Assembly (NCBI RefSeq): GCF_036321535.1
Contig: NC_087436.1
Coordinates: forward strand, 19,284,001 to 19,348,000
Length of the DNA: 64,000 nt
From: Camelus dromedarius
Lineage: Eukaryota
Direction: 5' to 3'
Below, piece by piece: positions 12,834 through 26,699 of the stretch. Every line of letters starts with the position of its first letter. The stretch's first letter is position 1. A program made the translations under genes and the position numbers. A model generated the notes under the pieces. The model was not told the origin of the DNA. It did no database searches and saw only the letters and a list, made by a program, of their open reading frames with translations.

Positions 12834-14682
12834 ATCAATATTTAGCCCAATCTAAGACTAAACTCTTAGTTTACCATCACAGATTGAATTTTGTAGATAT
12901 CACAATCTTGGATTTTACCAAAAAAAAGTACTTTTTTACTATAATTTTTCATTAAAACCACTAGTAAAAATTTTTTAGTTTGACATAATATAGAAAGAAC
13001 AATTCCTCGGTACTGTCAGCTGATGGATTGCTCCTGAGTTCACCGTACACTTCTTACACTTCATCTGTGATACTAAATAGATTCAGTCAACAGAGATTGG
13101 AAAAGGGGCATGTTTTAGGAATTCCTCATTTTTGTTTAACACTGTCTCCCTCTATTCTGTATATTCTTTGTCATGTCTAGATCAAAGATGACTTTTTACA
13201 GATGTTGCACATGATTTGGGTTGTTTTCCCACCTTGTCAAATTTAACAAGGCAAACTTAACATTTTACTTTTTAATCCCATCCTTCAAGATGTGAAGAAT
13301 TTCCAGAGAGAACTTTATCCCAAAAGACTCGTGGCCTAAATGGAATTAGACAGCTAAAAAATATTGTACAAAAAGAATAGTTTTAAAGGTTGTTTTCATT
13401 AATGTTTGGATGTTAATACAATTTCAAAGATTAATTCTAATGTCTATGCTATGATTTCTATTATTTTTTCTTGATTATTTAAATGCTGTTAAGGCTCTCA
13501 GAGCATATAATAGTCATCCTAAAGTTATCTAGCTAATATATTCTATCTGAATATTAACCTTTACTTTAAATCTATCTCCTTATACATTTATTATTTGAAA
13601 TATTCTGATTATTTTTGTTTGAAAGTTAACAAGTTCTATAATCATTAATTACTGCTGCATTTTACTCTTGCAATAATATTTACATTTACACTTCAGCGAA
13701 TTGACAGGCTTTCAACATTTAGAATCAATAGAGTTTTTTCATTTCAAACTACATATAGAATGTCTATCTGTTTAAAAGTGAATATGCAGATATTAGCAGT
13801 AAATCTGAATTGTATGCCTTGTTTGTGTTGTTGGCATTTTTATGCTGATTCAAGCTGGTAGTAACTTACAGGACCACATTGCTGGATTCTGCAACGGTTT
13901 AGGGATGACAGTTGAAGTAGACATTGGTCTAGTCATCCTTCCAAAAGCCTTAGCCTAAACCAAAGACAGAAATGTTGGCCAAGTATTTTAGCTAACACCC
14001 AGCTACGATGCATCCCTAAGAGGGAGCATGTAACCAAACATCCATCTCCTAGACAGAACCCTACTCCGCATCCACATAAATACATATACAAACTCTTTAT
14101 CTCCAAAGTTCAAATTTGCCCAGATACAAAAACATAGAGATGGGACGTAAAGATGCTCAATGGGTCATGTTATGGTTGTTCTTGTTCTTGTTGATAATGA
14201 TGACTTCTTCTTATCCACAATCCGCTGTCACTTATAAAACTTCATGGCAGCCCCTCAAGCGACACCACACACAGCCATGCCCCGCGCTCAACGTACTCCG
14301 CCCAAGGCGATAGCACTGCTTCAGAATAGACTTGAACAAAGTAGGCTTCTTGGTGAATTCTGAATAGAAGAACAAAAACAAGATTATTTAAGGCATAGAA
14401 GGCATTGACCTAATAGAAATCATCTGGCTAGAATCAAAATGGTAAAAACAGAAAGAGGAGGAAAAGACAAAAAAAAATGCTTGCTGTAGTTTATTTAGCT
14501 CAGTTAATGCACTGTTCTTAAGCAAGCAAACTTCCACTTACGTCAATGAGGATGTGCGGACTGACTCAGAGAATAGATCATGCATATTAAAAAAAACAAA
14601 CCCTAATGGATGACTTGCCTTGAACTTTCCATCCTCACCCATTTTCAAATTGCCCAGCCCTAGCAGAGTAACAAGAATATGA

Positions 14683-14860
14683 TTCTTGAACATTTTGGTT
14701 TCAGGAGGCTTCACATTCTAAAAATTTATTGATGACCCCAAAGAGCTTTTGTTTATGTGGGCTATTTATATTGATACTTACCATATTAGAAATTGAAACA
14801 GAATCTTTAAAAAACATTATTTATTTTAAAATAACATAATAAACCCATTGCATGGTAACA
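14683..14860 (+). mobile_element. Charlie1-like hAT DNA transposon 5' end
   Basis: ttattgatgaccccaaagagcttttgtttatgtggg...taccatattagaaatt matches the recalled Charlie1 consensus. Confidence 0.75.
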
Positions 14861-14869
14861 CCAGTGGCA

Positions 14870-15060
14870 AATTATGTTGTGAGTTCATCCATTGTAACAG
14901 ATGTACGCTGTGGCAGGGGATGTTGATAATGGTGGAGGCTATGCATGTGCAGGGGCAGGGGGCCATGGGAAATCTCTACCCTCCTCTCAATGTTGTCAAC
15001 CTAAAACTACTCTAAAAAATAGTATCTTTTCAAATTTTTAATTTAATTAAAAAAAACAAA
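14870..15060 (+). mobile_element. L1MC-like 3' end
   Basis: ggggatgttgataatggtggaggctatgcatgtg...gggaaatctct...cctaaaactactctaaaaaata. Confidence 0.8.
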
Positions 15061-16737
15061 GCAGTGGAAGGATACACACAAATCTAATAAAAGTGGGTCT
15101 GGGTAACAGGGAAAACAGACATGAATGAAAACTAGGCTTGGAAATCCATACTTCAGTGGATTTTTAAATTCTGTTTCACAAAATGTATTGCCAACTCATA
15201 ACAAAATAATACATATATAATGTAATCTTCGTAAACACACTGATCAAATCTAGAGCAAATTATTAATGACACTATCTCCGTATGATTTTTTCTTCATTTA
15301 CTTGTTTGTGATTTTTATTCTGTTTACTGATTTGTATTTGTGAGTTTTTAATGACAAATATGTATTACCTGTGTAATTTTAAGTAGTTTTAAAAATTTAT
15401 CATATCATTTCCCCAAGTTAACGAAGAATAATTTAGGTAGTATCTCAGTATGTGCATTTTGAGCAACCCCAGAAATGCTTATAAATCCCTGGACCCCCTC
15501 AAAGTAAATTTTCTCTACATGTGTTCTACTGAAATATCCTGCCGATGAAAAGTACTCAGGACTTACTTTAAAAAGCAAGCTGCTTATTATTTTTAAACTA
15601 CCAAATGCATTTTTAAAATTTGACATTAGTCGATTAACTTTCTTTCTTGGAAACCAATTTTACTAGTTAATATCTAGTCAACAGATGAAAGTTACATTAT
15701 ATGTCCATTCACATATATTTCAGTGTTGAAAGATAAACAGAAATATTTTCTTTTCACAGACTCCCCTAGAATATGTTTTATTGATAGCCTCGTCTTTACA
15801 GCTCAAAATCATTTGGATTCTCTTCCAATACTTGTCCATTCATAAAGAGGAGAAGTGTAAAACTATTTTATTAGAAATATTGATTTTAAATTTAAAACTG
15901 TTGAGAATAAATTGCTTGTTTAAGAAAAGCCGGAGGGGAAACAGCGAACTAGAGTGTTCTGTGTAAATAAACAACGTTAGGGCATGCCGGTCTCCTTACA
16001 ATTTCTATGTGGAGATATCGTGCAATCAAGTGCAATTCATGTCTCTGAACCTCAGCTGCAGAGAATAAAGAAATCTGTGGTACAGTATTGTCATCGCTGA
16101 TGTCTATCAACAACTGAAATCAAGGGCACATACATCATCTCTGCCCATCCATTGTTCTCCCTCCTCGTCCACGAAATACCCTGGCAAATAAACACTTTGT
16201 CAGAGTAAGATCACAAAACGCTTTCAGAAAAGGTCTGCAACATACTCTAAAGAAAACAAAGGGAGCCTTTAATCAGGTCCAATAAGCGATGATGCAGCCA
16301 GTCAACATCCTTCAGCAAACAGTGCTCCAGCTCCCAAAAAGCTGGTTGGTCAGTGGGCAGGAAGGATTCTCCTATCAAGGGTTCAAAGGAATCCTGATCA
16401 GGGGATGATCTGAGTTCTTCCTAGTGCATCCTTCAGGGAGGAGATAAACACTTGTCTCCAAAGGATCTCCTAAAACTCCATGTAGCGTGGGTAAGAGAAC
16501 GTTGAGAAAGTACAGCCTCCTTTACACGAAAAACAAGTCAGTATTGTGCAGGATTTTAAGTGTAAGAGTGGTAATTCTTATGCAAGTGAATACCCTTAAT
16601 CTGGAAGTTCTTAGCAACTACTAAATACATTCACTTCCTTGTTAGGTATTCCACATAAGTGTGTTACTAATGACAGAAGCCGTTATTTCAAAGCAATGTT
16701 TTTTCATTCTAAACACGTACAAAAAAATTGCACCCCA

Positions 16738-16952
16738 TTTTTTTTTATTAAAGTACAGTCAGTTACAATGTGTCAGTTTCTGGTGTACAGCACAATGTCC
16801 CAGTCATGCATATATACACACGTATATTTGTTTTCATATTTTTTTTACTAAAGGTTATTACAAGATATTGAATATAGTTCCCTGTGTTATACAGAAGAAA
16901 TCTGTGTTTTTCATCTACTTTTGTATATAGTGGCTAACATTTGCAAATCTCC
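16738..16952 (-). mobile_element. Short antisense L1 3' terminus
   Basis: T tail, then aagtacagtcagttacaatgtgtcagtttctggtgtacagc...aatatagttccctgtg. Confidence 0.85.
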
Positions 16953-17999
16953 CATTACCATTTTTTAAATAAAGGGTATTAGAAAAATAATTTCACTCTT
17001 TAAATTCATGGAGACTCATGGAGATACTGTAAAGTCCTGTGGAGCAAAAACTGAGGGGTGTCAGTCTGTCCCTATACACTACCTGCCACCGATGGCTGTG
17101 CTTCTGTAGCTTTTCTGTCAACTTTTTGCGTTTCTCTCTTTTCACTGCTATTTGCTATTAACTCAACGTATTAACAATGTATGCTGCCTATTTTTCAAAC
17201 ACTGGGTGAGAACTCAGTGGCAGTGCTCAGCCTCTCTCACGGAGCCCCAAGTGCCCTGAGAAGGTCGTTGGTGTTCAGAAGCCTTTGATCAATTACTTCC
17301 AGGCTTAAGACGAAATATAGTTTAAATCTGACTTCTGGGAAAGTGCTGGATTTCACTTTCCTGGACCTTTTCTGCCTGAGAATATAGACATTTTAGAGCA
17401 GGATGGAGAGAGAGAGAAAAAAAATTACGATCCTATCATATTAAGTTCAGGGTGAAGAATAAACGTCCCATAAGCTTGTAATATTCCTTCAACACCTCGA
17501 TTAGTCATTTAAAATGCGTTTGCTTCTGTTGCCACTAATCTGGATTCAAATGCTGACCCATTCAGCACCGTTAGCTTCAGCAGGGGTCTCTGTTGTGATT
17601 AACACTGATGCTGGTTATGGCTTACACTTGGCATGGGTGCGAGGCTGAGTGGGAAGTTCACACTATAGACTTTTAGTTTAAACTGGAACTACAGAAAAAA
17701 GTGGGAATGTATATTAGGACTCTTTCAGAGACAGGTCAGAGATATCCTATTCAAATCAACTTAACCACATAGAAGGAATTACTGGGTGATGTAACAGGAA
17801 AGGATTTGGATGCCTTTGAGAATAACTGAATTAAGGAACTCAGCTCGCTCCTCTCTGTTCTGCTTCCTTCCCCCACCCCCTTCTCCCCTCTCCTCACATC
17901 TCTTACCATCTCACCCTCTTTCCCTCTCCCCTCGTCCCCCATCCCAACCCACAGTGATTCATCTCAACTTCTCTTTGTAGTGCCCTCTTTTCCCCCAAC

Positions 18000-18270
18000 T
18001 GTAGAGTTTCTTCCTTACGTCAGGGATCCTGGCAACAGAAAGCTCCAAATTATATCATCACAGCTTAGAAACCCCGGAGGACAGGACAGCTTAACTTCCA
18101 GTATATAAAAACCCAAGGAAAGAAGCCTCATTGGCCTAGCGTGGGTCGCATGTCCCATTAGACCAATGGCTAAGACCCAGGAAAGTACATCACTGCGTGA
18201 CATCACCCAGCCACATCACGGGGTGAGGTAAATCCACACAAGGCAGGTGCTCTCACCGCAGGAGGGTGCA
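18000..18270. mobile_element. MLT1-like LTR fragment
   Basis: ctcattggcctagcgtgggtcgcatgtccc...gaccaatggct resembles the MLT1 core. Confidence 0.5.
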
Positions 18271-18699
18271 GGGATGCTTGACATACAGAACTTCAGACAG
18301 CCCAGGCAGAGTGTAATTCATGACTCTCTTCAAGTGTCTACAGAGGAGGATGAGGAAGGTCATCAAGAATTATCTTCTGGTCAAGAGGTCAATAAGGCAA
18401 GACAGGGCGATATGGCAGAGACAGCGTCAGAGACAGAGGCACACGCAACAGCTGCCCCATCCTAGCTGTGCTACCAAGACAGAAGAAACTAATCTCCTGT
18501 CATGGTTTCTCAGAATTCAGCCTCACAGTCAACAAAATGAAAAACCGCTTTGCACATAATTGTGACGACAGTGCAACTACAGGGGTGGACATTGGTAATA
18601 ATTTATTTTGCATTTATGTGATCCTAACTTCTAACAAAGTCATTATCTGATGAAAAGCCACATAATAAACGCTCTTGCTACCTGAAGTACAGCACCAAC

Positions 18700-18825
18700 G
18701 ATATTGCTAACCTGCTGTGTGACCTTGGATAAGCCATTTCATCTCTTTGTTCCTACAATATGAGAATTCTGGACTAAATTGTCTCTCAGACTTCTTTTGG
18801 CTATAATATTTTATTATTCTATGGG
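18700..18825 (+). mobile_element. MIR/MIR3 fragment
   Basis: gctgtgtgaccttggataagccattt...tggactaaat...attctatg. Confidence 0.65.
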
Positions 18826-20944
18826 AGTCTTTTCACAAAGCCTTAGCTACTGTGCTTCAAAATATAGGGCACAATAAATCCAACATCTTTTGTTAGCACT
18901 TGCTGATTCTGTTTCCCTCGGGTCCTTCTCACAGGATGAATCTGAAACTTTTTCTGTTTACCAATGTGCTTATTATATACTAAGCCTTTAAGCTCCACTA
19001 TAAAATCAAAATGCTAGTATTAAAAACAAAAAGAATCACTTTCATTTAACATTTTCAGAGAAAAATTTTAGCTATTAAAATTTAGCTCTATGATTAAAAT
19101 TTAAATAACCACTGTCGTGTGAAATAGGTTTCAGATAAAAATCTATCCTAAGGAAAAGAAAGAAGAGAGACCTTTGAGGGGGAGATTGAAAATAAGGAAT
19201 AGGATGTATGAGGAGAGAGAGGAACCCAGGAAGCGGTGAAGGGAGGAGAGAAGGCAGTTGTTTACCTTGAGGTACCATGAGAACAGACTGGGAAAACTAA
19301 AAGCTCAGCTAAAACTATCATTTGTATTTGAAAAAGACAACCAGAGAAGTCACCTTTCATCATGTCTTGTCATGTCTTGTGTCATATGCAATGTCTACTA
19401 AATCTTCCAGACAATAAATACAGATCAAACCATCTTTATCATACACACTCGTGCCCGTCAGCTCCCTCCCCAGCCTCCCAAAAGAACAGAAAGAGTCACA
19501 AGCCACCGCCGCCGTGGCCTCCGGCCACGCCCTCACCGCCTGCAACCCCCACTGGGCTGCGTGCTTTAGACTCTGATAGTCAAATGACAGTTCTGCTCCG
19601 TAGACTACGCCCCACACTGTGCTAGGCGATAGGTTTCGTCCTTCTTTCCCTTCAGTGGATGAAACTTGCTTCCCCATTGGGTGAATCTCTCTCAGGACTT
19701 CCTATCACGTGATAAGAATAAGCATTTCTCAGTACTGAAGATGGAAAAGTTGACTTCAGAGACAGGGGCCACTTGAGTGTCTGACCCCTCAAAACTGTAA
19801 TCTATAAGAATTAGGGGATTTAAAAGCAGCTTTGTAGGGAGAACATGCCCCAACCAAGGGCCCCGCAGGCACGATAGTCCCCGGAGGTAAATAAACTGAA
19901 TGTGCCAGGGTTAGCCGCATGCAAAGATGTAAGCGGGACGTGTTCAAGTGTCTCATTACTTTGGTGAGCACCACCTCTGCTTTCCACGCCCTGAGGGGTG
20001 GCTACACTGACTGGAGCTGAGCGCCCAGTTCCTTGAGGTGCCTCGGATCTCTCCGTCTCTACAAATGCTGGCAGGCTCCTCCGTCTCTGAGTATCTTTAA
20101 AGCCTTTTTGTACCTCTGCACCCGCATGCTTAAAGCTCAGTAAACTCTGTTATTGCTTACTTCAGTGAGCGGGCTAGTTTGAGCACTGGAAGGATAACTG
20201 AAGATTTGGGTCTCTGCACATCCCCGCAACAGGAAAGGGTGAGTTAATTAAAAGCTTAACTAATTCTCCCCACCCGACTTCCACACGGCCTTTTCTTGTG
20301 GCCTGGCTCCCAGCCAAGTCCTGAAGGGCAGCGGACTGCCAAAGACAGCGCCCCAGCTGCTGGGAAATGTGGGGCTCAGATTACTCCAGAGTGGCCAGAT
20401 TATTACATACTAAAAGCAAATAAGAAACAGAGAGATTTTTTAACAGATAACTGAGGCTTACGAACATACTAGCATTTTCTTAAGTTTATTAGCACTATGA
20501 GGTTCTCATCTTGCAAACATCCACAACTGTTAAAGCACGGAGTGGCTATTTCTCTCCTAAAAACAACATTTTCTCCACATATTGAGCTGACGTGTTTTGC
20601 AGATAATAAAAGTGAAATATCTTTGAAGCAGTAGCACAGGAAATACAGTCATATGGCTCTGAGAAGAAAAACAAGAGTAAAGGAGAAACTTTGCCCACTT
20701 TGCAACCTACTAAATTTCTCAAAACTGTTGATTCTAAAAATAAAACCATGTCATTTTTGTAAAAATAAAGACAGGAAAAATTTTCTAGTTCTAATACTCT
20801 GCTTTCTAGAAGCCAAAAGAAATGATCTAGCTTCAGTAAAGGGATAGTGGACGGAGTACTGTTTTCATTGAGCCAAGAATGTTCACCATAAATGTGAACA
20901 AACCTAAAATGCTTGAGCAAATGTATGTATCAAAAAGTATGTTC

Positions 20945-21048
20945 GAGGGGAGGGTGTAGGTCAGTGGTAGAGTGCCTGCTTAGCATGCACAAGGTCCTGG
21001 GTTCAATTCCCAGGACCTCCATTAAAAATAATTAATTTAAAATTTGTT
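20945..21048 (+). mobile_element. tRNA-Ala-derived SINE (camelid vic-1 type) with 10-bp TSD
   Basis: tRNA-Ala(AGC)-like head with A and B boxes and an AT-rich tail. TSD AAGTATGTTC at 20935-20944 and 21049-21058. Confidence 0.9.
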
Positions 21049-22469
21049 AAGTATGTTCATCAGAATAGCAGATTCATGCAAAGTCCAATGGCAAAACAGA
21101 ACCTTTCCTTGAACCTCCACTACAGTTGTCTCATTTTCCCACTTGACCTAAACAAATAAGTAAAGTTTTCACATAAGCCAAAATGGGCTCCAAAAAGCAG
21201 AAATTCTTCATTCTGCCTGTGCCCATTCAGGGTGTGTGTCTCGGGGGTGAAGGGAAGAAGGGGTTGGTATCAACCACTGTCTGATGAAACAAAACCGCTG
21301 CCCCAGCTTCTCTCCTCACAGAGCACAAGGTGCTTACCCCACTGCTCCCACCACTCGCTCCTCTTTGTCTTCAGGTATCCTTCTCCCCCAAAACCCACGA
21401 ACTTTGCAAAAGTAACACGTCTTTTATTAGACATCTTTCAAAATACCTGACGCTCTATAAAACTTTGTTAAACAAATGATTTAAATGTTTTATTTATTAA
21501 TTAATATAGTAATTTCAGGTATCTTGGTTTTTAAAAAAAAATCATATAATTTGGAAAACAAGGTCTCGTATCTCTTAGACCATAAATATAGCAGCAGAAT
21601 TCCTGAAATTGCAACAACTTCCAGAATTTACCTTCAACCTCAGGTTCCTACATAAAGCCCAAGAAATGGGGAAGAAACTGGAGAAACGTACTCTGTTCAT
21701 TTCCTTTCTGTGCATATGTTGATGGCGTCAGATTTTGAGCTGCCTTCTTTCTCTGCATCATGAACTCCCGCCTACCTGGAACGTCGACAGCTGGTTTCTC
21801 ATCCCCAGGTAATCGAGCGCCTAGATCCCAGACACTTGGCTGGTGTCTGATAACCAGGCTCTGCTAGAAGCCCGTGTGCCCACCTACCCAGTGCTGCTTG
21901 GCTGCTGTTTAAATCTTAGCCCTATGGTTCTGCAGCCACCGCTTATATCCTAGCATTCCACCTCAAGAGCTGAGGCAGGAATCCTGTTCACATTTCCCCA
22001 GATACACGATAACCTCTTAGGACAGCATAGAATGTAAATTATTTCATCGTCAGTTTTCTCAAGAAACATGAGGTGAATTTCCACTTAAAACACTAGTTTT
22101 AAAAAAAACTACATTTTACATGATTAATACAAAAACCTGATTATTAAAACTAGAAATGACATTCTCATATCAAGTTATCTCTTTCTATCCTTTTCAGGAT
22201 TATCCTTGAGACAATCTATGGGCATCCTCAAATAGTATATACATCAATATTATTAACAATTCTCTGAGGTGATATATGATGATTATTATTTTCTGAATTT
22301 TGTAGACAAAGTTATTGAAAGAAACAAGATTATTTTCCTAGGTTCTCAAAAAAAAATTTTTTTAAATGTAACATTAACACATCAAACCCTTTGGTGATCA
22401 CGGATCCTACTTACTTTCCTCCAAGAAGAATTTGAAGTTACACATCATAAATGGAAAGAAAGAAAACTA

Positions 22470-22690
22470 ATATTTTCTGAGGACCTAAAATGTGCTAAAC
22501 GCTGTGCTAATAACTCAGATAATAATTAAAACAATGAAGAAAGTAGTATTGGTCTCATTTTACAGATGAGAAGAGTAAGACACAGAGAGGTTTCTTTTCC
22601 AAGGATCCCATTGCTAGGAAGTAGGACAGTCCAGATTTGCTCAGAATTTGAACCCAGGTCTATCCAACTCCAAAGCTAATGCACACTATT
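22470..22690 (-). mobile_element. MIR
   Basis: cattttacagatgag...cacagagagg...atttgaacccaggtct...actccaaagc core. Confidence 0.85.
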
Positions 22691-22749
22691 TCCTGTATGG
22701 GTATAATAAAATCACATAGGTATAACAAAACCAGAAAGGACAGAATTCC

Positions 22750-22842
22750 AGATAGGTAGGTAGATAGACAGATAGATAGACAGACAGACAGCAGATAGAT
22801 AGATAGATAAATAGATATAAGAAAAACCACACACACACACAG
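22750..22842. repeat. Compound (GATA)/(GACA) repeat followed by short (CA)n
   Basis: Direct reading. Confidence 0.9.
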
Positions 22843-23379
22843 AAAAAAATCTAGAGAAAAGGAAGATAAATATGTATTCCCAAAATACACATATTGAAAA
22901 AACCTATTGCATTTTAACCCAAATCTTAGGTCTGCACTATCAGCCTAAGCAAAGAGGGAAATCACAAGGGTAGCAGCTCTCATTTACCTAGTAGAAAGAA
23001 TATCAGTCTATTAAGAAGGAGAAACAGCTTACAAGTTCTAAAGAGAGATTTCTTATGTAGCACGCAAACTGCACCTCACACAATAGAACCATTTTCTCCG
23101 TAGCAGTTAGTCAAAGATCACTGAGCTGTCACTCACACAGTGTTTCTTACACAGACCCACCTCTATAGCCAGGTGCAGGCAAACCAAAATAACATGGGGA
23201 TAGCATAACTGAAGAAAAATAACAATGTCACCATAGAAAGTTCTAACTTCCTCAGATCGTTAGATCAGAATCTTCTCTTGTCATCCCAAGGTCATTAGCA
23301 AACACCTTTCTGATAACAAGTAAGAGTGGGCCAGCTGCCTCTGCCAGAACTGCTGGTCATTCTTGAAGTCATTTAGCTT

Positions 23380-23830
23380 GTCAATCAGTCAGTCAGTCAA
23401 CGAGTATTTATTACGTGCCCACCATGTGCCAAGAACTGTGCTAAATACAGGGGAGTTCAACAGATCTGGTCCATTTTAATGAAACTGACACTCTGGTCGA
23501 GGAAACAATTTACTGAGTCCCACAAATACTTATATTTAAACACCAGGAAGTGTTATGAAGGCATTACAAAGGGCTTTGAGAGCCAGTAATCGGGATGTGA
23601 TTTGGCTTAGAGCAGAGGTAGGGAGCAGGTTTAAAAACTGCATCCCTAGGGGGAGGGTATAGCTCAAGTGGTAGAGCGCATGCTTAGCATGTGTGAGGTC
23701 CTGGGCTCAGTTCCCAGAACCTCCACTAAAAATGAATAAATGAGTAAACCTAATTACCCTCCTCAAAAAAAAAACCTAAAAAAAAATTAAACGCATCTCT
23801 GAGAAAGCGGCATATGAGCCGAGATCTGAC
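23380..23830 (-). mobile_element. L2 3' fragment, split by a SINE
   Basis: (TCAG)n tail, then gtatttattacgtgcccaccatgtgccaag...; resumes at ctgagaaag...tgagccgagatctga. Confidence 0.7.
23649..23788 (+). mobile_element. tRNA-Ala-derived SINE (vic-1 type)
   Basis: gggggagggtatagctcaagtggtagagcgcatgcttagcatg...taaacctaattacc plus an A tail; imperfect TSD (actgcatccct / acgcatctct). Confidence 0.9.
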
Positions 23831-24144
23831 TTGCTTTTATTAAGTACATAATTAATCATCTACCCTTGCCAGTTAAGGACCATGTGTGCAGCACCATATT
23901 GGAGACCAAGAAGTATACAGAGAAGCCTGACAGTCACATCTTTGAAGCAGTTTAAATTTTAAATTCAATTACACAGAAAAGATGCATGCATGTGAGAAGC
24001 CAATAACACAAGAAAGCACTAGAAAGGCATCGAATAAGTAGCACAAGTAAGTGACAATGGGCAAAGGGACTGATAAACCCTTAGGGGCTAGTGTAACCCA
24101 GAAAGAGTTCTCTGGGACAACAGGAGGTGACGCAGTTCCTACAA

Positions 24145-24780
24145 CAATAGTTTTCAAGTGTTTCTGACTAGCACATACAGTAAGAAATACATTTTACACT
24201 ATGGCCCAATAGAAACATAGAGATGTAAATAATAAAACTAAAAATACCGCTCATATGTGGAATCTAAAAAAAACCAAAAGAACATAAATACAATACAGAA
24301 ACAGACTCATAGACACAGAATACAAACTTGTGGTTGCCAAGGGGGAGGAGGGTGGGAAGGGACAGACTGGGAGTTCAAAATTTGTAGACACTGACAGGCA
24401 TATGTAGACTAGATAAACAAGATTATACCGTATAGCTCAGGGGAATATATACAAGACCTTGTGGTGGCTCACAGCGAAAAAAAATGTGACAAAGAATATA
24501 TGTATGTTCACGTATAACTGAAAAATTGTGCTCTACACTGGAATTTGACACAACATTGTAAAATGACTATAACTCAATAAAAAAAAAGTTTAAAAAATTT
24601 AAAAAAAAATCGAATCAATGGAAAAAAATAATAAAACTAAAGTTTTGTGAAGCAAAACTTGTTCTCACCAAATGTGGTCCAATTGATTGTTTCTGTCCTA
24701 CTTCACTTTCTTACATTTTTCCTTATGTTGGTCCCAATCCATTAAATTAAGATCATTACCCACTAATGAGTCACAACTTA
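24145..24780. mobile_element. hAT-Charlie family fossil interrupted by an L1
   Basis: acagtaagaaatacattttaca on the left and acccactaatgagtcacaac on the right resemble Charlie/MER-type elements; subfamily uncertain. Confidence 0.55.
24243..24625 (+). mobile_element. 5'-truncated young L1 with 16-bp TSD
   Basis: ctcatatgtggaatctaaaa...gacacaacattgtaaaatgactataactcaataaaa. TSD AAATAATAAAACTAAA at 24227-24242 and 24626-24641. Confidence 0.92.
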
Positions 24781-26699
24781 ACATGTGAGGTTTCTATAAC
24801 AGAAAATATTTCTGCACACAGTGAGACTTCTTCAGAAAATAAAAGGAAATGCAAAAGGAATTCTCACCTCCTACAAAAGTGATCCAAGCCAACGTGACTT
24901 CATGCTTTCTCACTCATCCTCTTTCTTCCTTCCCTTCATTTCCGGTCACATAGCTGGCTTGGCAATAAAACAAAACAAAACAAAACAAAACCCTCCACAC
25001 TCAGAATGTGACTGCACCACAAATTTACATTATAACCTTCTCTGAGGCTTTATCCCCCCTACTATCTTCCACCACCAGCAGCACCAGCCTGATTCTGAGT
25101 GGAAATGTATGAAGCTCCTTCACCCGAGTGTGGGTGAAGATTGCTGTCACCCATATGGGGTTATTGCTATGGGTGGGTCGAGACTTCAGATCAGACCAAT
25201 ATTTCAAGTCCTGAGGCAACACATGAACAGAGGGCATTTATCCCTTAGTCCAGTATGTTTCTTCGTAAGCATTAATTTTAGACCCCATGCAGTTTTTCCA
25301 AAGTCAGAGCTTTTACAATTGTTCTGGTCCATTTTGATGAAGACCTGCAGTTACTAGAGATAGAAAAATATATATCATGCAGAGTAGGCTACCAATCTTA
25401 CATGAATCATCCAGCGATACCCTCATCAATCCCCACGAATGTTGATAAACTTTTTATCTGGGAAGGAGGTCTCATTCTTTAGTCATGCTGAATGTCTGAA
25501 ATACTGGCTTTCATTAAGGATTGACTTAGCAAACGCCTCCAAAACTCTGCCCTATAGATTTGACCTAAGCGCCTAAAAGAAATAATGCCCTCCATTATTA
25601 CCAGCTTCATAAATACTCTACAGACATTCCCCAGTGTTTCTTTTAAGAAAGAGAGAGTTTGTTTAAAAATAAAATGTTAACTCAAAACAAAACAGTAATC
25701 AGTCTGAATCAGGCAGGGAACAGGTTCAGAAATGCATCCATTGCATTTACTGATACAAATGATGAAAATATATGTACTGATTAGATATTAAAAGTTAAAA
25801 GCAAAATTGATTTTAAAATGTATTTCTCACTTTGCCCTACTTATTTACAATCCTCCTTTAAAAGCCTGGAAGAATGGTTCTCTTCCTCCTCTGGTGGGTA
25901 CAACTAATGCTAACGATCTGGGAAGCAACAGGAATTTCTCAGAAGACGTACATGTTGCTGCATTTCATAAGCTCTTGCTAACCTACCCCAGGACCAGCAT
26001 TACCAGGGGAGGTTGGAGCTGCCTGCCTCCTGGCCTAGTTTGGTTCACTCAGGGGTTTTTTGTTTGTTTCATGTGTGTGTGTGTGATTGAAGAGTACTGC
26101 TATTATAAAGAAGACGTTCAGTGCTCTAAAGCTAAAATAAGAAGGTGACAATGGTCGCTTCTGTCTTAACCACGTCCACTCCAAAGGGTAGCAGCAGGTC
26201 TTTGAATTGTGACTCTCCTTAAAATGAATCTTCAGACCTGCACAGGCCCCAGTTTAAGGACCGAGAAGCCTCAAACCACAAATAAAAGGGTTTCTTTAAT
26301 CACTAAAAGAGTTTTAGTGATTAAACGACCTGTTACGAGATTTGAATCAGATCTGATTATTCTTGGTTCTCTGACACTAAAGACAGAAGTTAAGTAGCAT
26401 TTACATATTTTGACTTACATATAACAAGCTGAGACCAGGCTGCTCAGCCTGTTTACATCGTAGGGAGGGAACTAAAGTTCATTCCCTTAGGAATTACCCT
26501 ATTTGCTCTCCTACGTGTATGGCTGTTGATAGGTCAGTGGCGGGAAAGTCAAATTGCTGCTGCTGCGTCTTTTAATCAAAAGGCAAGGTGAGTTGTTTTT
26601 CTCGGGCTCCTCGTGGGCTAACTTGTATATTTACATAAGGAATGGCTGGCTTCCACCAGGGTGGCCTTGGAGGGGAGTCCAGGGAAGGCCTGTAATGCA

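Noticed and set aside
17561..17569. RE1 left half-site TTCAGCACC
   Set aside because: No GGACAG right half at a usable spacing.
1..25000. Exons of the expected neighbouring gene TTC29 (by recalled human synteny; SLC10A7 on the other side)
   Set aside because: I could not recognise coding sequence for either gene; a spliced protein alignment would be needed to exclude small terminal exons.
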